Notes under the pieces: generated by a model
The model's database searches: none
What the model was told of the DNA's origin: nothing
The model's input: the letters and a program-made list of their open reading frames with translations, nothing else
Part shown: positions 16,242 through 30,200 of the stretch, in pieces
Layout: each line of letters begins with the position of its first letter
Numbering within the stretch: the stretch's first letter is position 1
From: Amoebidium appalachense
Taxonomy: Eukaryota; Protista; Ichthyosporea
Direction: 5' to 3'
Assembly (NCBI GenBank): GCA_963693365.1
Contig: CAVNZM010000005.1
Span: 7,882,710 to 7,946,709 of the forward strand
Length of the DNA: 64,000 bases
Translations under genes and position numbers: made by a program

Positions 16242-17522
16242 AAGGGGGGAGGAGGGGGTGGGGGGGGGAGGGGGGGAGGGGGGGGGGGGGGGGGGGGGGG
16301 GGGAGGAGGAGGGGGAACGTGTGCGTGCATGCTCGTGGTCGTACACGGGCACGCCGGATGACGCACATGCACACATGCAAACACAATCGCACTCACACGC
16401 ACATGCGCACACGCACACGCACACGCACACACGCACACGCACACGCAAACACACGCACACGCACACGCACACACACTCACGCATGCGCACAGGCACACGC
16501 ACACGCACACTCACACTTGCCGACGGCGCCACGAGAGTGGTCAAGACATGTACCGGACGCCACGTGGGTGGGGCTGGGACCGTGGTCGAGTCCGGATGAC
16601 GTGGCACACGTTGACGATGTTTACACTCCCATATTTGGTTATTTTGATCCAAGATGGCTTGGATGGGTCGCAGACGGTTGGGCTGTATAATTTATCCTAG
16701 AAGGGGGTAAATTGTTTTGCTACCAACGGATGTACTCATATTTGTCATGGCATATCAAATGGTTTTACCTGTTAATGTAGCTATCCGGTGTTTACATACG
16801 CAGTAATCAAGTCCGGAACAACTCCTGTTGATAAGTTTAAACAGTTTTACAGGCCTGCACACAAACCTCCTGAATAGAGCGACGGCTGAGATACAAATTT
16901 AGGATTTGCCCACCTTAATCTGTGGATGCGATTGGCTCAGAAGGCATCCGAACATTCACAAAATGATCTGGGCCAGTGGGACAACTTGCCACCTGCTGCA
17001 AGTCAAGGCACTGTGGCAGTCCAGTGCATGCGTGGTTCATGCAGTGTCAGTTAGCTGGATTTGACCGCGTCGGCATAGGCTCGTTAGCATGCACCTACTT
17101 CTAGGTCTATGGGTAGGCCATGCATGTTTGGGTAGGCCCTTGCAACGCTAAATTGAATTCACGGACTGTGTGGCAGCTGGCAGCAATATAAATCGCGTGA
17201 AAGTTTGTCGTCGAGGTATAGACGCTAGGCACACCGACACTTTATTTGTGTCTCCTGACGGACCTGCCACGCGCACTGCTAAGGATAAATCCTAAAGCAA
17301 CTTTTTAGGTTCTGGATCCGTTTAATTAGTATTATCTGCCTGGCACACGTACATATACACTCGCTAGCAGACCGGCCGCCGCATGAAAGCAAAAAAACAT
17401 TCTTCTCCGAGTGTCCAAGCTTTCAACGTTAAACTCGGCAGGCCTTCTCACCCATTCAGCCGCGTAGTTGCACACGGGCAGCACACACAAATAGATCAAC
17501 CACCATGCATGTTCCTGGGTTC

Positions 17523-18251
17523 ATGGCGCGGTTTGTGGATGTGCCTGACGTGGACGGCAATTGCAATGGCCTCAGCGACACCAGTGCGCCGGCTGTAGGC
17601 ACGACACCCTCGGCAGAGGCCTTTGCCACGTACGCATTCACCATCACCCCTCCCTCCGTGCGGTCCTTCAAGATGCACCAAGACAGCGCCATGCTGCCGT
17701 ATGAACGTTCCGTGACCCTAATGCGGCACATGCATGAGGACCGGTACGGGGTGATGCTCAACCAGGTGGCCTACCGGCTGTATGTGGTGTCTGTGGCTGC
17801 CGGGTCAGCGGCCCACAGGGCTGGGCTGCAGTTTGGGGAGGAGGTGGTCTACATCAACGGCTGCCTGACCTGCGGCTGGAGTGCTGCCGCTGCCGCCGAC
17901 TTTATGCGCGAGAGTGAAGGGACATGCACCATGGTGGTGCAGCACACACCCTTCATAAAGGTGTACACTATGACACGCAGGGCCCCCGGGGCACCCATGG
18001 GCCTGGTTTATGAGAACGGCATCACGGTGCAGATCGTGCCGGGGCTGCCTGCGCACACGGCAGGCATGGGTGTGGGGGAGCAGATAGTGCGGGTGGGTGG
18101 GCGCAATGCTTTGGGGCTGGATGACGAGGCCATACTGGGGCTGCTGCGGGGCTGCGACACACACGTGCTGGTGGCCACCCTGCCTGCTGACGTGGTGGCG
18201 GGTATGACGGCAGGCCTGGACCTGGGGCAGGTGGCTGCTGAGATGCAGTGA
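17523..18251 (+). CDS. Syntenin-like tandem-PDZ protein (intronless)
   Basis: PDZ1 LYVVSVAAGSAAHRAGLQFGEEVVYING..GWS, linker PF, PDZ2 MGLVYENG..IVPGLPAHTAG..GEQIVRVGGRNALGLDD. The start could be 17505 or 17523. Confidence 0.85.
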   Translation: MARFVDVPDVDGNCNGLSDTSAPAVGTTPSAEAFATYAFTITPPSVRSFKMHQDSAMLPYERSVTLMRHMHEDRYGVMLNQVAYRLYVVSVAAGSAAHRAGLQFGEEVVYINGCLTCGWSAAAAADFMRESEGTCTMVVQHTPFIKVYTMTRRAPGAPMGLVYENGITVQIVPGLPAHTAGMGVGEQIVRVGGRNALGLDDEAILGLLRGCDTHVLVATLPADVVAGMTAGLDLGQVAAEMQ

Positions 18252-18884
18252 GCACGGCAGGGGGGCTAGCCTGCCTGTCCCTGTCACCCATGGTCGCAAG
18301 AGTAAGAAACACTAATTGAAGGGGTCATACGTCAACTCGGCAATTTGCTAACATCTGATGTGATGATGGAAGTCAGTAATGATTTGAATGCTCACAATCT
18401 ATCATTTGTTATTCATAGCTTAGTATGTCGAGACTCTGTATTATTGATGAGACGCATTATGTGGTTGCCAAACTGCCGAGCCGTCACCAGCATACCTTCT
18501 TGTATTTGGGAATCACATCTAATGTTTCATCTAATTCCAAAATATGTAATTTTTATTACTGAATTATTCCCTTTGTAGGACCTGTTGACTCTAGAAAAAC
18601 GAAGCTATCATAGTTTTCATAGGCTCGGAGCGTAGTGATAAAGTTTGAATAAGCACCAATCTACTCTCACGGCATGTATGGCACCGTTAAGGTATATTTT
18701 GATATGAAGCATATAATATTTGCATGTATGACTATTGTCGTTATAATCATAAAATTAACAGAAACAATTTAAGCTTGATGAAGCATATGCCATTTGGGAT
18801 TTTCGCCGTTTACTCGAGGCACAGAGAGTTGCTCGGCATACTGCCAAAGTGTTGTTTCAGCCCTCCTCCCCTCTCCCCCCCCCC

Positions 18885-18915
<31 letters not shown>

Positions 18916-19285
18916 ACCCTCCTCCTCTGAGTCATGTGGCACATGCAAAACTTTGAAAACTTGAATAAATAAAAAATAAATAAATAAAAACAATATAAAA
19001 AAAACCGCCAACCCATCCACACGCGTACACAGCCCAAAAATATAATCTATATGCATATATATATATATTAAACCAAAATTGAAACTAACTTGAACACATG
19101 CACGCTAGCGTGAACACACACACACCCCTCTCTCTGCAATGCTGTGGTGTGTCATTGACACAATATCACACACGTCACCCTCGCTTCCCCGCCAACCAAC
19201 ACACTACACTCATCACCATCCCGTGGACACCTACACGTGTACACAACCACACAAACACACACACACACAACACACGCACATGCAC

Positions 19286-19407
<122 letters not shown>

Positions 19408-20716
19408 CAACGGACGAACACACACACATTAGCATGAGGGGATTAGGGGGGTAAGTGAGAGCGAAAAAGCGAGGTCCCATGTAGGTTCTGCCTCGGCCCT
19501 TCCCTTACGTAACCTTTACCATGGTGCATGCACCAGGGGATACTATCACTGATCACGAGCCACGGTCATGGGAAGACAGACTGTAGGGGGCAGCATGGCC
19601 GGCCCTTCAACTATCAGCAAATAGTCATCATCTTCCTAGTTTCCATGCACCATAGGTCGAAATATCAAAAGGCTGGGTGCACACACGCAGCGCACCACGT
19701 GTGCGGTGGAATGTAGACTCACGCGCTAAAGCGCAATGCAAACTCTTGAACAACTGTAACAGGCGTGCGGGGGCTTTTGAGGGGGGGAAGGGGGGGGAGG
19801 GGATGGTAGAGGCGAGGGAGAGTACTGCAGCTACTAGTGTAGGCAAGGAGTGCACCCGTGCACATGTGAAGGGGGTTGAAGGAAAAAGGGGCTCTAGTCA
19901 GTAAGAGGCAACCACAAGAATTCGGGACGGTGCACACTCACATCACTATCATGTCAGTGGATAACGTGCCAATATGCCTAAGGATGACCAATACATATGC
20001 ATGCGAGACTGTGCAACACCAGCAAATATAGTTATGAGCCCGTTCTCGTGCGTGTGTGTCTGCTTTGTGTGTCTGCGTGTTTGTGTGTGTGTTTGTGTGT
20101 GTGTGTGTATGTGTGTGTGTGTATGTGTGTGCGTGAGTGGGTGGGTGGGTGTAGGTGGGTGGATGTTTGTGGGTGGCTGGGTGGCTGGGTGGGTGTTGGG
20201 GGGGGGGGGGGGGGGGGAGGGGGGGGGAGGGGGGGGGGGGATAAGTCATTCTAGTCACACCTGGGGTTGGTTTCGGCCCTAGTCGTATATATACGTACTC
20301 TACCCGGAACATCAGATTGTGTTTTTGAGCCCTGCTTATTATAAGTTAAATGTCAGGTGCCTTTTAACTTCTATTTTCTGGAGTGCAAAAGCATTGCCGT
20401 GAGTCACGGACGGACGTGGCTTAATTGTGCAGTGAATATGTCCCCAAGCCCTTATGAGAGGAACCTGGTTTCTTTGCGCTTATATTAGTCAAGGCGGCTG
20501 TATTAAACTGGACGTGCCGGCATGGCTCCAGGGGCCATCAGGGACGTGGGCAAACGTACTATGAGCTGGCAAGCAAGGGGGGGTGTTACAGTGGCGTCCG
20601 CAGAGTGGGTCGATCATATGGTTTCGGTGGTGAGCAGGACTACAAAAGAAAAAAAAGCGATCCAACTTGGAAGGCGGGGCTTCCATCCCCGACCCTGGGG
20701 CGGGCGGGTGGGCGGG

Positions 20717-20756
<40 letters not shown>

Positions 20757-20895
20757 AGGGATGCACCATGTACGTGGGGCCCATGCAGAGTAGGCATTGC
20801 CAAACACGATACAAACACAAGTACTGTGGGCGCCTACTCACACCCACATATGGACTGAAGCCTTGCACATATGCACACAAACACACGCGCGTGCA

Positions 20896-20936
<41 letters not shown>

Positions 20937-21402
20937 CCCCCCCCCCCCCCCCCCCCACACACACACACAGTGGCACATGCACACCACCCAGACACTGGAC
21001 CCACAAGCCAATCAAATCACGGGTTGTATTTTGGGATCATTGGCCACCGCATTCACAGCCCCTGCCAGCAGGGGTACCTTCATGCCGTCTATCATTCGTG
21101 CACACCCACACATGCCCTGCAATCAATACGCAGCATTATAACACTAAAATAAAACTTAAAACATTGGACCACCCTGCAATCATTCCCAATTTACCCTGCA
21201 GGTATCCTAAAATGACCTTCGTCGCCTAATCCCCCACCCTCCCCTTCGATCCAAACCAAGGCTCCTTCTTTCTCTTTTACTTTACAAGTTTTCAAAAAAA
21301 AAAAGAAAAAAAAAAAAAAGTACGCAATAATACAGAAGAGGCTGACACTCAACCGGCCCATATTCGATGGTTTTGACGCGCGTCTCATCCCCTTGCTGTG
21401 GT

Positions 21403-21517
21403 CTAGTCGAAGAAATATTTGGACTTGCGGATTTCCTGTGCACACGCCTGTTAGAGGCCCATCCCCTACACCCCAAACATGCTTGAATGCGTTGGCACAG
21501 GTGGCCTGGGAAACCAG

Positions 21518-21565
<48 letters not shown>

Positions 21566-22121
21566 TGTGAGTGTGTGCGCACGCGTGTGTATGGGTGGGG
21601 CCGGGTGGGGGTAGTGGGGAGGGGATAAGGGAGAGTAGGGCAAAGGGGACGGGCACAAAAACCACACGTGCTGCTGGCAACGGGCACAACCCATGCAATC
21701 ATGAACGTGATCAGCCCACACACCATGGCCATGTGCACACAGTAGACACAGCATGGCCATGTGCCTGCCGCATACATGCACACACCAACATACACCCACA
21801 CCTTTCACACCAGCCAGCACTACCCGCACAGCCCTCGCCACGCAACGTACCTCCAGGTTGATCAGGCCCCTCTTTGGCACATCGTCAAAGATCAGGGGCT
21901 TCTCCATGCCGCCATCCTTGTAGGTCACCCCGTGGTAGAAGTGCCGCCAGTGCGTCTGCAGCCCATCCAGTCAGAACCATGCACGCACATGCATTTGTAG
22001 GCGACAAGAAGCGCACATTATGGCATGCATACATCCCTGTACCCTGCATCCGTGCCACACTTGTGATGCATGTATCGAGCCTCTCCCTCTCACCTCCCCT
22101 CCTCCCTCCGTGCTAGCGCGT

Positions 22122-22161
<40 letters not shown>

Positions 22162-23693
22162 ATGGCCCTGTCTATCTGTGTAGCTTGACTGTGTCTGAGT
22201 GTAAGTTCGTGTTCCTGCCTGCGCATGTGTAGTCGAGCATGCCTCGGCATGCATGTGTGCACGCATGTGTTTGTGTGGCTGTGCGTGTGTGCGTGCGTGT
22301 GCACATGTGCATGTGTGTGTGCACGTGCATGCACATATGCATGGCTGTGGCTGCTGCACGCACCACCAGGTTCTCCAGGATAGGCTGGCCGTGCATGGAG
22401 ATGAACTCATCTCTCAACAGCTCACTCAGCCGGGTGATGTCTGCCGCATGGCTCCAGTAACTGTCATGTACGGCTGCAAACGTCAGCCCTGCACCCACAC
22501 ACATGTCAGCATATGCAACCCCCCCCCCTGTCCCTGCCCCCATGGCTGCACGTGCACATACCGTGGTTGCTGCATGCCCTGGCAGTCAGCAGCATGTGTG
22601 TGGAGTCCAGGCTGTGCACGAAGTTAGGAGGGAATGCGCTGCGCTGTTTGCCCACGGCCGGGCCCGAGGCCTCATCCACAACCTTTAGGGCCTGCTTGGC
22701 CGTGCGCACGGTGATGGACGTGCGCTTGCTGTAGTGCTGCACTACAGGCAGCTGCAGGGGGGTGACCCAGTGCACGGGGTTGCCACTCTGCGCTATCCGC
22801 TGCGCACTCTGAGCAAGCCTGGGGGGGAGGGGGGGGGGGGGGGGGGGGGAGGGGGGGAGGTTATGTTAGTGGACTGGCACACACAGTCAAAGATGAACAC
22901 ACAGGCACATGCACAGTCACACGTGAACACACAGGCACATGCACAGTCACAGGTGCACACACAGGCACATGCACAGTCACAGGTGCACACACAGGCACGC
23001 CGTGCATGACCAATAAGGTGCATGCTGACATCAGACATGTGCATATACCTGGCACATGCACAGTCACAGACATACACAGGCACGTCCACACACACGAGAT
23101 GCCTCCACACACACGTGCACATGCTAGCAGGGACGCACATTCACGCACACACATGCACGCACCAGTCCTGGATCTCCTTAGCGCCTGTAAACAGAGACTC
23201 GAGGGAGTGCAGCACGGTCAAGGCCAGGTAGTTCGACGCCCTGCAAAGCACGTCAGCACCCGTACCCCCCCAAGCCCACCCATCAGGTACATACGGTGAG
23301 ATGTGCTCGTCAGCAATGTCGCCCCTCTCCTTGAGCCTGTTTCTGATCTGCTCCCTTGCGCCTATGAAGGTCACACCATACACACTGGTCATGACGGTCT
23401 GCTTGACCACCTTGCGTGTGATCTTGCCCTGCAGCAGTTTGGCCATCTCATGGTCCTGCGCTGCATCGGCTGCCACAATGGCACACACCCCATCGGCCAC
23501 ACTCTGGTACACGTCCTGCACATTCTGAATGAGCAACAGGCCACAGCAACCACAGCCTCAACAGTAGGTGTCTGCACATGCACTGACATGCTTCGTCCCC
23601 CCCCAAAACACACACACACACAATATTTGCACAAATGACACAAGCCACTTGTACTTACATACGTAGGCGCACACAGCATGCCCGGCGCGCGCG

Positions 23694-23744
<51 letters not shown>

Positions 23745-26483
23745 GCACACGCACGCACCTGGGGCTTGTCCGAGGGCATCAGGTTGACCTGCTCGGCACC
23801 CAGGATGTCCCCGCCCAGTGCGGCATAGTGCTGCAGCCCGTTGCATGACCCGTCCTGCAAACACACGTCAGCCCCTGCACCGTGCACACATGGCCATGGC
23901 CCTAACCCCCACGCACCTGGTGCACGGGCAGCCTGGACAGGAAGGCCTCCGGGTTGCTGCTGCGCCATGCCTGGGTCAGCTCCATACAGCAGGCAAGGGC
24001 CTGTGGGGGATGGGGTCAGCCAGGGCCACAGCATGGATGCAGCCACACACCATCACCACACACACATGGCCGCACATGCATGTATGCACGTGCATGCAAA
24101 AAAGCAGATTCCCTCCACATGAGCGAAAATCGTATGCTGCATGCCACCTCAGCTCTGAATCTTCAACCATCACCATTTGTAGGCACCACAACCGCCTGTA
24201 TTGTTGTTTGATTCTATTGGCTAAACGTCCAAATGACCAAGGAATCCCACTTGCCTTGTGTGCGTGCATGGTGTGTGAGTGTGAGTGAGTGAGTGAGTGA
24301 GTGAGTGAGTGAGTGAGTGAGTGCACACACCAGCATACGGGTGTGTGCGCATGTTGTGCAAGCACATGCGGAGGTGCATGGGTGCTGGCATTTGCGTCAG
24401 TGCACCTGTGTTGTTTTGAATGATTGTGACGGTTTCGTGTGTGTGATTTGGCTTGTGTTCTTCTGAACGTGTGTACCGGTTTTTGAAGTATTAATATATA
24501 CTATATATGTGTGTGTGTGTGTGTGTGTGCGTGTGCGTGTGCATGTGTGTGTGTGTGTGTGTGTGTGTGTGCTTGCGCCTGTGGGTCTCTGTGTCTGTCC
24601 AGTGTGCCTGGCCATGTGCACACCTGGAAGGGTGAGTCAGCATGGCGCCACCATCCCCTGCCGTCCAGGGGCCTCTCAGCTGCATCGATGACGTCATCTA
24701 TGTGCTGGTCGATGAACTGTGCACGCTCATCAAGGCTCACCCTGCACGTATGCTCAGTCACTGCAAGCCACATGAACCTGCATGCTCAGACACATAAACT
24801 TTCAAATGCAGTGCATGTACGTGTGCATGCACAAATGCCCGGTGAGTGGTACGTGTGCATGTATGTAGGCGTGTATGTGTGCCTGCAGGTGTTCTTGTGT
24901 GTAGTAGTATGTGTGCATGTACACGTCGATGCGCACGTGTGCACACAAGTGCAGGTGCGTGTGTGTGCACATATGCGCAAAGGTGTGGCTGCACAGCAAC
25001 GAGCAGGACATGTGCACACTTGCTTAGCATGTATGTGTGCATGCATAAGGTGCATATTTGCATGGTAGCCAGTGTGCACACACAAGCACCTACTTGTCGT
25101 TGCCGTACAAGTTAGCCAGCTGCACCTTGAGCCAGTACAGGCCCTCCTTGCCCAGCGGCCGGGCCTTGTCAAACAGCAGCAGCCCTCTGCTCGTGTCCGC
25201 ACCAATGTGGTTGAGGTGGGGGGGGATGGGGTAGGCACGCCCTCTAAAGTCCAGGTTGTGGGGCAGATAGAACGGCAGGTTGCGGTACTGCGCATGTGGT
25301 TAGTTGCAGCCACCATACCCCCCTGCCCAGAGAAGGAAAGAACATAAGGAGCCTCTGCACACACATGCACAGCATATTGCACACACAGGCTCCAGTCTGA
25401 CACTGTTCACTCACAACTTCCTGCTTAACCCTCACGTGCAGATGCATAATCCCCCATGCACACATTGGATCCCCCCACCCCCATGCACACATTGAATCCC
25501 CCCCACCCCCATGCACATTGGATCCCCCCCCCCCTACACCCATGCCTACATTGAAACCCCCCACCCCCATGCACACATTGCATCCCCCCCTACACCCATG
25601 CCCACAATGAACCCCCCCCATACATTGTAGGCCACCACTAGGCGGTAGTGCATGTCTGATCGTCTCGAGTGCAGCTCCGCATTGACCTTCTCGGCCTCCT
25701 TGCGTGCCCGTCCGTACTCAAGCTTGCTCTGTTAAACCCCCGCCGTGAGCATTTCAACCCTCCCCCCAATTTGAACCAGCAGAGCATTTCAACCCTCCCC
25801 CCAATTTGAACCAGCAGAGCATTTCAACCCCCCCCCCCTCCCCCCGCAGGGCTTTAGCATTTGCACCATTCTCCCCCCCGCCTCCCTCTCAGCCTTAGCA
25901 TTTGCCCCGACCCCAGCCCGACCCTTTGCAATACCCCTCGGTCTTAGTATTTGCAACCCCCCCCCCCCCCCCCCCCCGCCTCCCCCTCTCGCCGCTCGTA
26001 ACATTTGCAAACCCCCCACCCCCTCACCCCCCCTTCGCTACTTAGCATGTTTGCAACCCCCCCCCCCCCCCCCCCCCCCCTCCCCGTTTAGCATTGGAAC
26101 CTTTCCCAGCCCTATCATTTCCACCCCCAAAGCCCTAACACTAGCATCCCACCAGCCTAAGCCATGGCATCCCCCCCCCCCCCCAAAAAAAAAAAAACAA
26201 AAACAAAAAAAACTCAGCATGTAACACACCTCCAGTGTTCCGTCTGCACCCGACCTGTCCGGCAGCAGCATGTTTGTCATGCTGGGCATGCCCAGTTTCT
26301 CGTCACCACCACTGTTCCACACCCTCGTCATGACCTCCAGTACGGGGTTATTGACCCGCCACGGCACACTGCTGAGCACATTGAGACAGTCCAGCACGTC
26401 CCCTAGTGCCTCCTTGCGCAGCTCAAGCAGACGAACCTGCTGGTTGTGGTAGGCCGTGCGCATGATGCTCTCTGTGTGTGGGT

Positions 26484-26540
<57 letters not shown>

Positions 26541-26890
26541 TGAGCAATTGAGTGTGAGTGATTGAGTGAGAGTGTATGTGTGTGTGTGTAAGTGAGTGAG
26601 AGCGTGTGTGTGTGAGTGAGAGTGTGTGTATGATGTGTGTCAGTGCGATGTGTGTGTGTTTGCATGTGCGGCTGTGGGCGTGCACCTACGTCTGACTGTG
26701 CACATGCGCATGCGTGTGTATTGTGTTTATGTGTGTTTGCGTGTGTGCGTGTGGGTGTGTGAGTTGGTGTGTGTGTGTGTAAATATGCATGTGTATGCCC
26801 CCTTGCGAGTTGAGTGTGTAAGTTTGCATGTGTGTGTGCATGGGTGTGTGTGTGTGTCCATGCGCACTTGTAACCGTGTTTGTGTTTACA

Positions 26891-26935
<45 letters not shown>

Positions 26936-27156
26936 GTGTTGGCATAAACATGTTCGTGCCCGTTTAAATGTGCTTCTGTATACGCCTGTGGGCTTTCGTG
27001 ACTGTGCGCACGACTGTTTCCGTATGGGTGTATTTCTGCCTGCATGTGTGCTCCTGCAATTCCTCGTATGCGTCCCTCGCAATTTCTCGTATGTCCCGTG
27101 CGTGTGTGTTTTTATGTGTGTGTATATATGAGTACGAGCGTGTGCGACACTCGTGC

Positions 27157-27237
<81 letters not shown>

Positions 27238-30200
27238 AGTGAGTTCGTGTGTGCCACTGTGTGTGTTTGTGTGTGTGACTGCACGCCCACGTATGTGCGT
27301 GTGTGTCACTGTGCGTGTTTGTGTGTGACTGCGCGCCCACGTGTGTGTGTGTGTGTGTGTGTGATTGCGCGCCCACGTGTGCGTGTGTTTGTGTGTGTAT
27401 GTGTATGTGTATGTGTGTGAATGCACCACGCACTTGAGCTTCTGAAGTAACCCCCCTTGTTGAAGTCGGTGTAAGGTCTAGGGGGAGCCACCATGGGCAG
27501 GAACTTGGGGGCCACCATCTCCCATGTGTTGTTCTGCGCTGAGAGCAGCTCCACCACCGCATCTGCACACAACAACCACTACGGTTATGTCTTGTTTATG
27601 TACATATACTTGGGGGGGGGGGGGCAGGGGGGTTTGAATGCGGAACACAGTACGAAGTACGCATAGACGATGAGAAGCATGATGCAGGACACATGCAAAG
27701 GCAAACATTCAAGTATGCAGCATCAGCCATGCGCACAGTATGCGTCATAAGCAGAGCCCATCCTCAGGGAGGGCCCAAGTCATCAATTGCGTCTGAGTTT
27801 GGGGGGGGGGAGAGCAGGCACAACAGCACTAACCAAATACAATGGGCGGGGAGGGGAGGAGGGGGGGGGGGGGGGGGAGGGGGAGGGGGGCACAATTGGA
27901 CTGATAGGGCAGCAGGGCTGCACGTACCGTGGGGCTTGATGAAGCCAAGGGCCTTGTTCTGCACAAAGCCCATCGAGTGGTGGAAGGCAGGCACGAGCTC
28001 CCTGAGGTGATAGAGGTCAGACTCCAAGGTGCATGCGGTTGAGGTGATAGTCAAAGGTGCATGCGGTTGCTGGGGGCCTGTGCTGGCAGGCATGGGATGA
28101 GTGGCCCCTGGGCAGGTGTGTGCCTGTGCAAGTGTGTGCGTGTGTATGTGGGTGTGTGTGTATGTGGGTGTGTGTGCATGTGTGTGCGTGTGTATGTGGG
28201 TGTGTGTGCATGTGTGTGCGTGTGTATGTGGGTGTGTGTGCATGTGTGTGCGTGTGTATGTGGGTGTGTGTGTGCACGTGTGTGCGCGCTTGTGTATGCC
28301 TGTGGATGTGTGTTTGCTTGTGTATGCCTGTGCATGTGTGTGTGCTTGTGTGTGTGCCTGTGCATGTGTGTGTGCCTGTGTATGCCTGTGCATGTGTATG
28401 CTTGTATATGCCTGTGCACGTGTGGGGTGTACTTGTGTATGCCTGTGCATGAATGTATGTATGTTTTGTATGTCTGTGCATATGTGTGGTTGTGTATGCC
28501 TGTGCATGTGCATGTGTGTGCATGTGTGTGTCTATGCCTGTGCGTAGGTGTGTTTGTGTATGCATGTACATGTGCATATGTGTGTTTCTGTATGCCTGTG
28601 CATGAGGGCGTGTGTGTTTGTTGTGCCTGTGCATGTGGGCGTGCGTGCTTGTTTGTGCCTGTGCATGTGGGTATGTGGTTGTGCGTGTGTGTGCGTGCCC
28701 CTTAACTGGCAAGCAAACCCCATGTGTTTGATTGTGGGTGCTGCGTGTGCCTGTGTCTGCACGTGACCATCAAACCTTCTTTCTGTAATTTCAGACGTGC
28801 GCACGTTTGTGTGTGCCTGTGTGTGTGTGTGCGTGCATGTGTTGGTGTGAGGACGTGTGCATGGGTGTGTGTGCATATGATCTTTCATGTTCCTTTACCA
28901 ATAAATGGCTGCCATGTGTGCACGCTTGTTCTTGTGTGTGCGCGCACACGTATGTGTGTGTACCCTTGCGCCGTTGTGCATTTTTCAGCCCATACGTATG
29001 ATACGTGTTTGCCAGTGTGTGCCAATTAAGGTAGCTGGAACCATGGAATTGCGGCGATCAGTCTCCGGGCCAAATTCATATGAAAAACAGGGTTACATCG
29101 AGAGCAAAAAGGTACACCAATTATGCGCTAGAGCTATAATTTTTGCATGGTAATTATGCAAATAGTGTTTTCTTCAAACGTTCAGTACAGAAAAATTATA
29201 ACTCAATTGGTTCAGCGTCAGCGACCGAAAAACCAACTGCACCAAATCTGGTACGTTTTGGTGCTATTTTTAGTATCAAAACGTACCAGATTTGGTGCAG
29301 TTGGTTTTTCGGTCGCTGACGCTGAACCAATTGAGTTATAATTTTTCTGTACTGAACGTTTGAAGAAAACACTATTTGCATAATTACCATGCAAAAATTA
29401 TAGCTCTAGCGCATAATAGGTGTACCTTTTTGCTCTCGATGTAACCCTGTTTTTCATATGAATTTGGCCCGGAGACCGATCGCCGCAATTCCATGGTTTC
29501 ATCCTCGTTGAAATGTTTCTTCTTACACACATTCACGTGTACACTCATGGGTGCATGTTTGCAAACCGTGTGCGCAAGAGTATTTTGCTTGTCTGTGTGA
29601 ATGAGTGTTTCTGCATGCTGCAGCACGTGCACATGCACACACCCACCCCTCGTTCTTCCGTGGGTGCTTGGGGTTGATCTTTGCCGTGTTGAGCAGCAGG
29701 TTGAGCAGGGCTGCCCCGACCTTGGTCTGCACTATGGGCGGCCAGTCCGGCCTGTCCAGTAGGGCAAACGTGGCCGGGCTCTCCTCCTGTGCACATACAC
29801 ACCCTCAGCCCCTGACTGGCAGAACAAACCCCCCCCCAGTACGGGCGGCATACCTCGAGCTTCTTCCAGAACACCCGCATCTGGCCCGTGCTCTGCCTCT
29901 GGCTGGCCTTCTCGTACAGCCTCTGGGCCTGCTGCCACTGTGTATCATGTCAGCACGTGCACATCTCCACCAAACATGCCTCAAAGCATCAGGCACACTC
30001 CCATGCACACAGGCCCATAAGGCACGTGTGCTTGCACGGACAGGCACGCACATGCACATACACTCACACTCAGACGCAATTACACTCGCATGCCCACACA
30101 CAGGGACGTGCGTATGCGTGGTATGCACATGCAATATTGGAAGTGCACGTGCACACACAAGCACAGGCACATGCATGTGACAAACACGCACACAGAGGCA

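Noticed and set aside
29147-29390. Two near-identical 64-aa ORFs on opposite strands
   Set aside because: A by-product of the palindrome; no recognisable protein.
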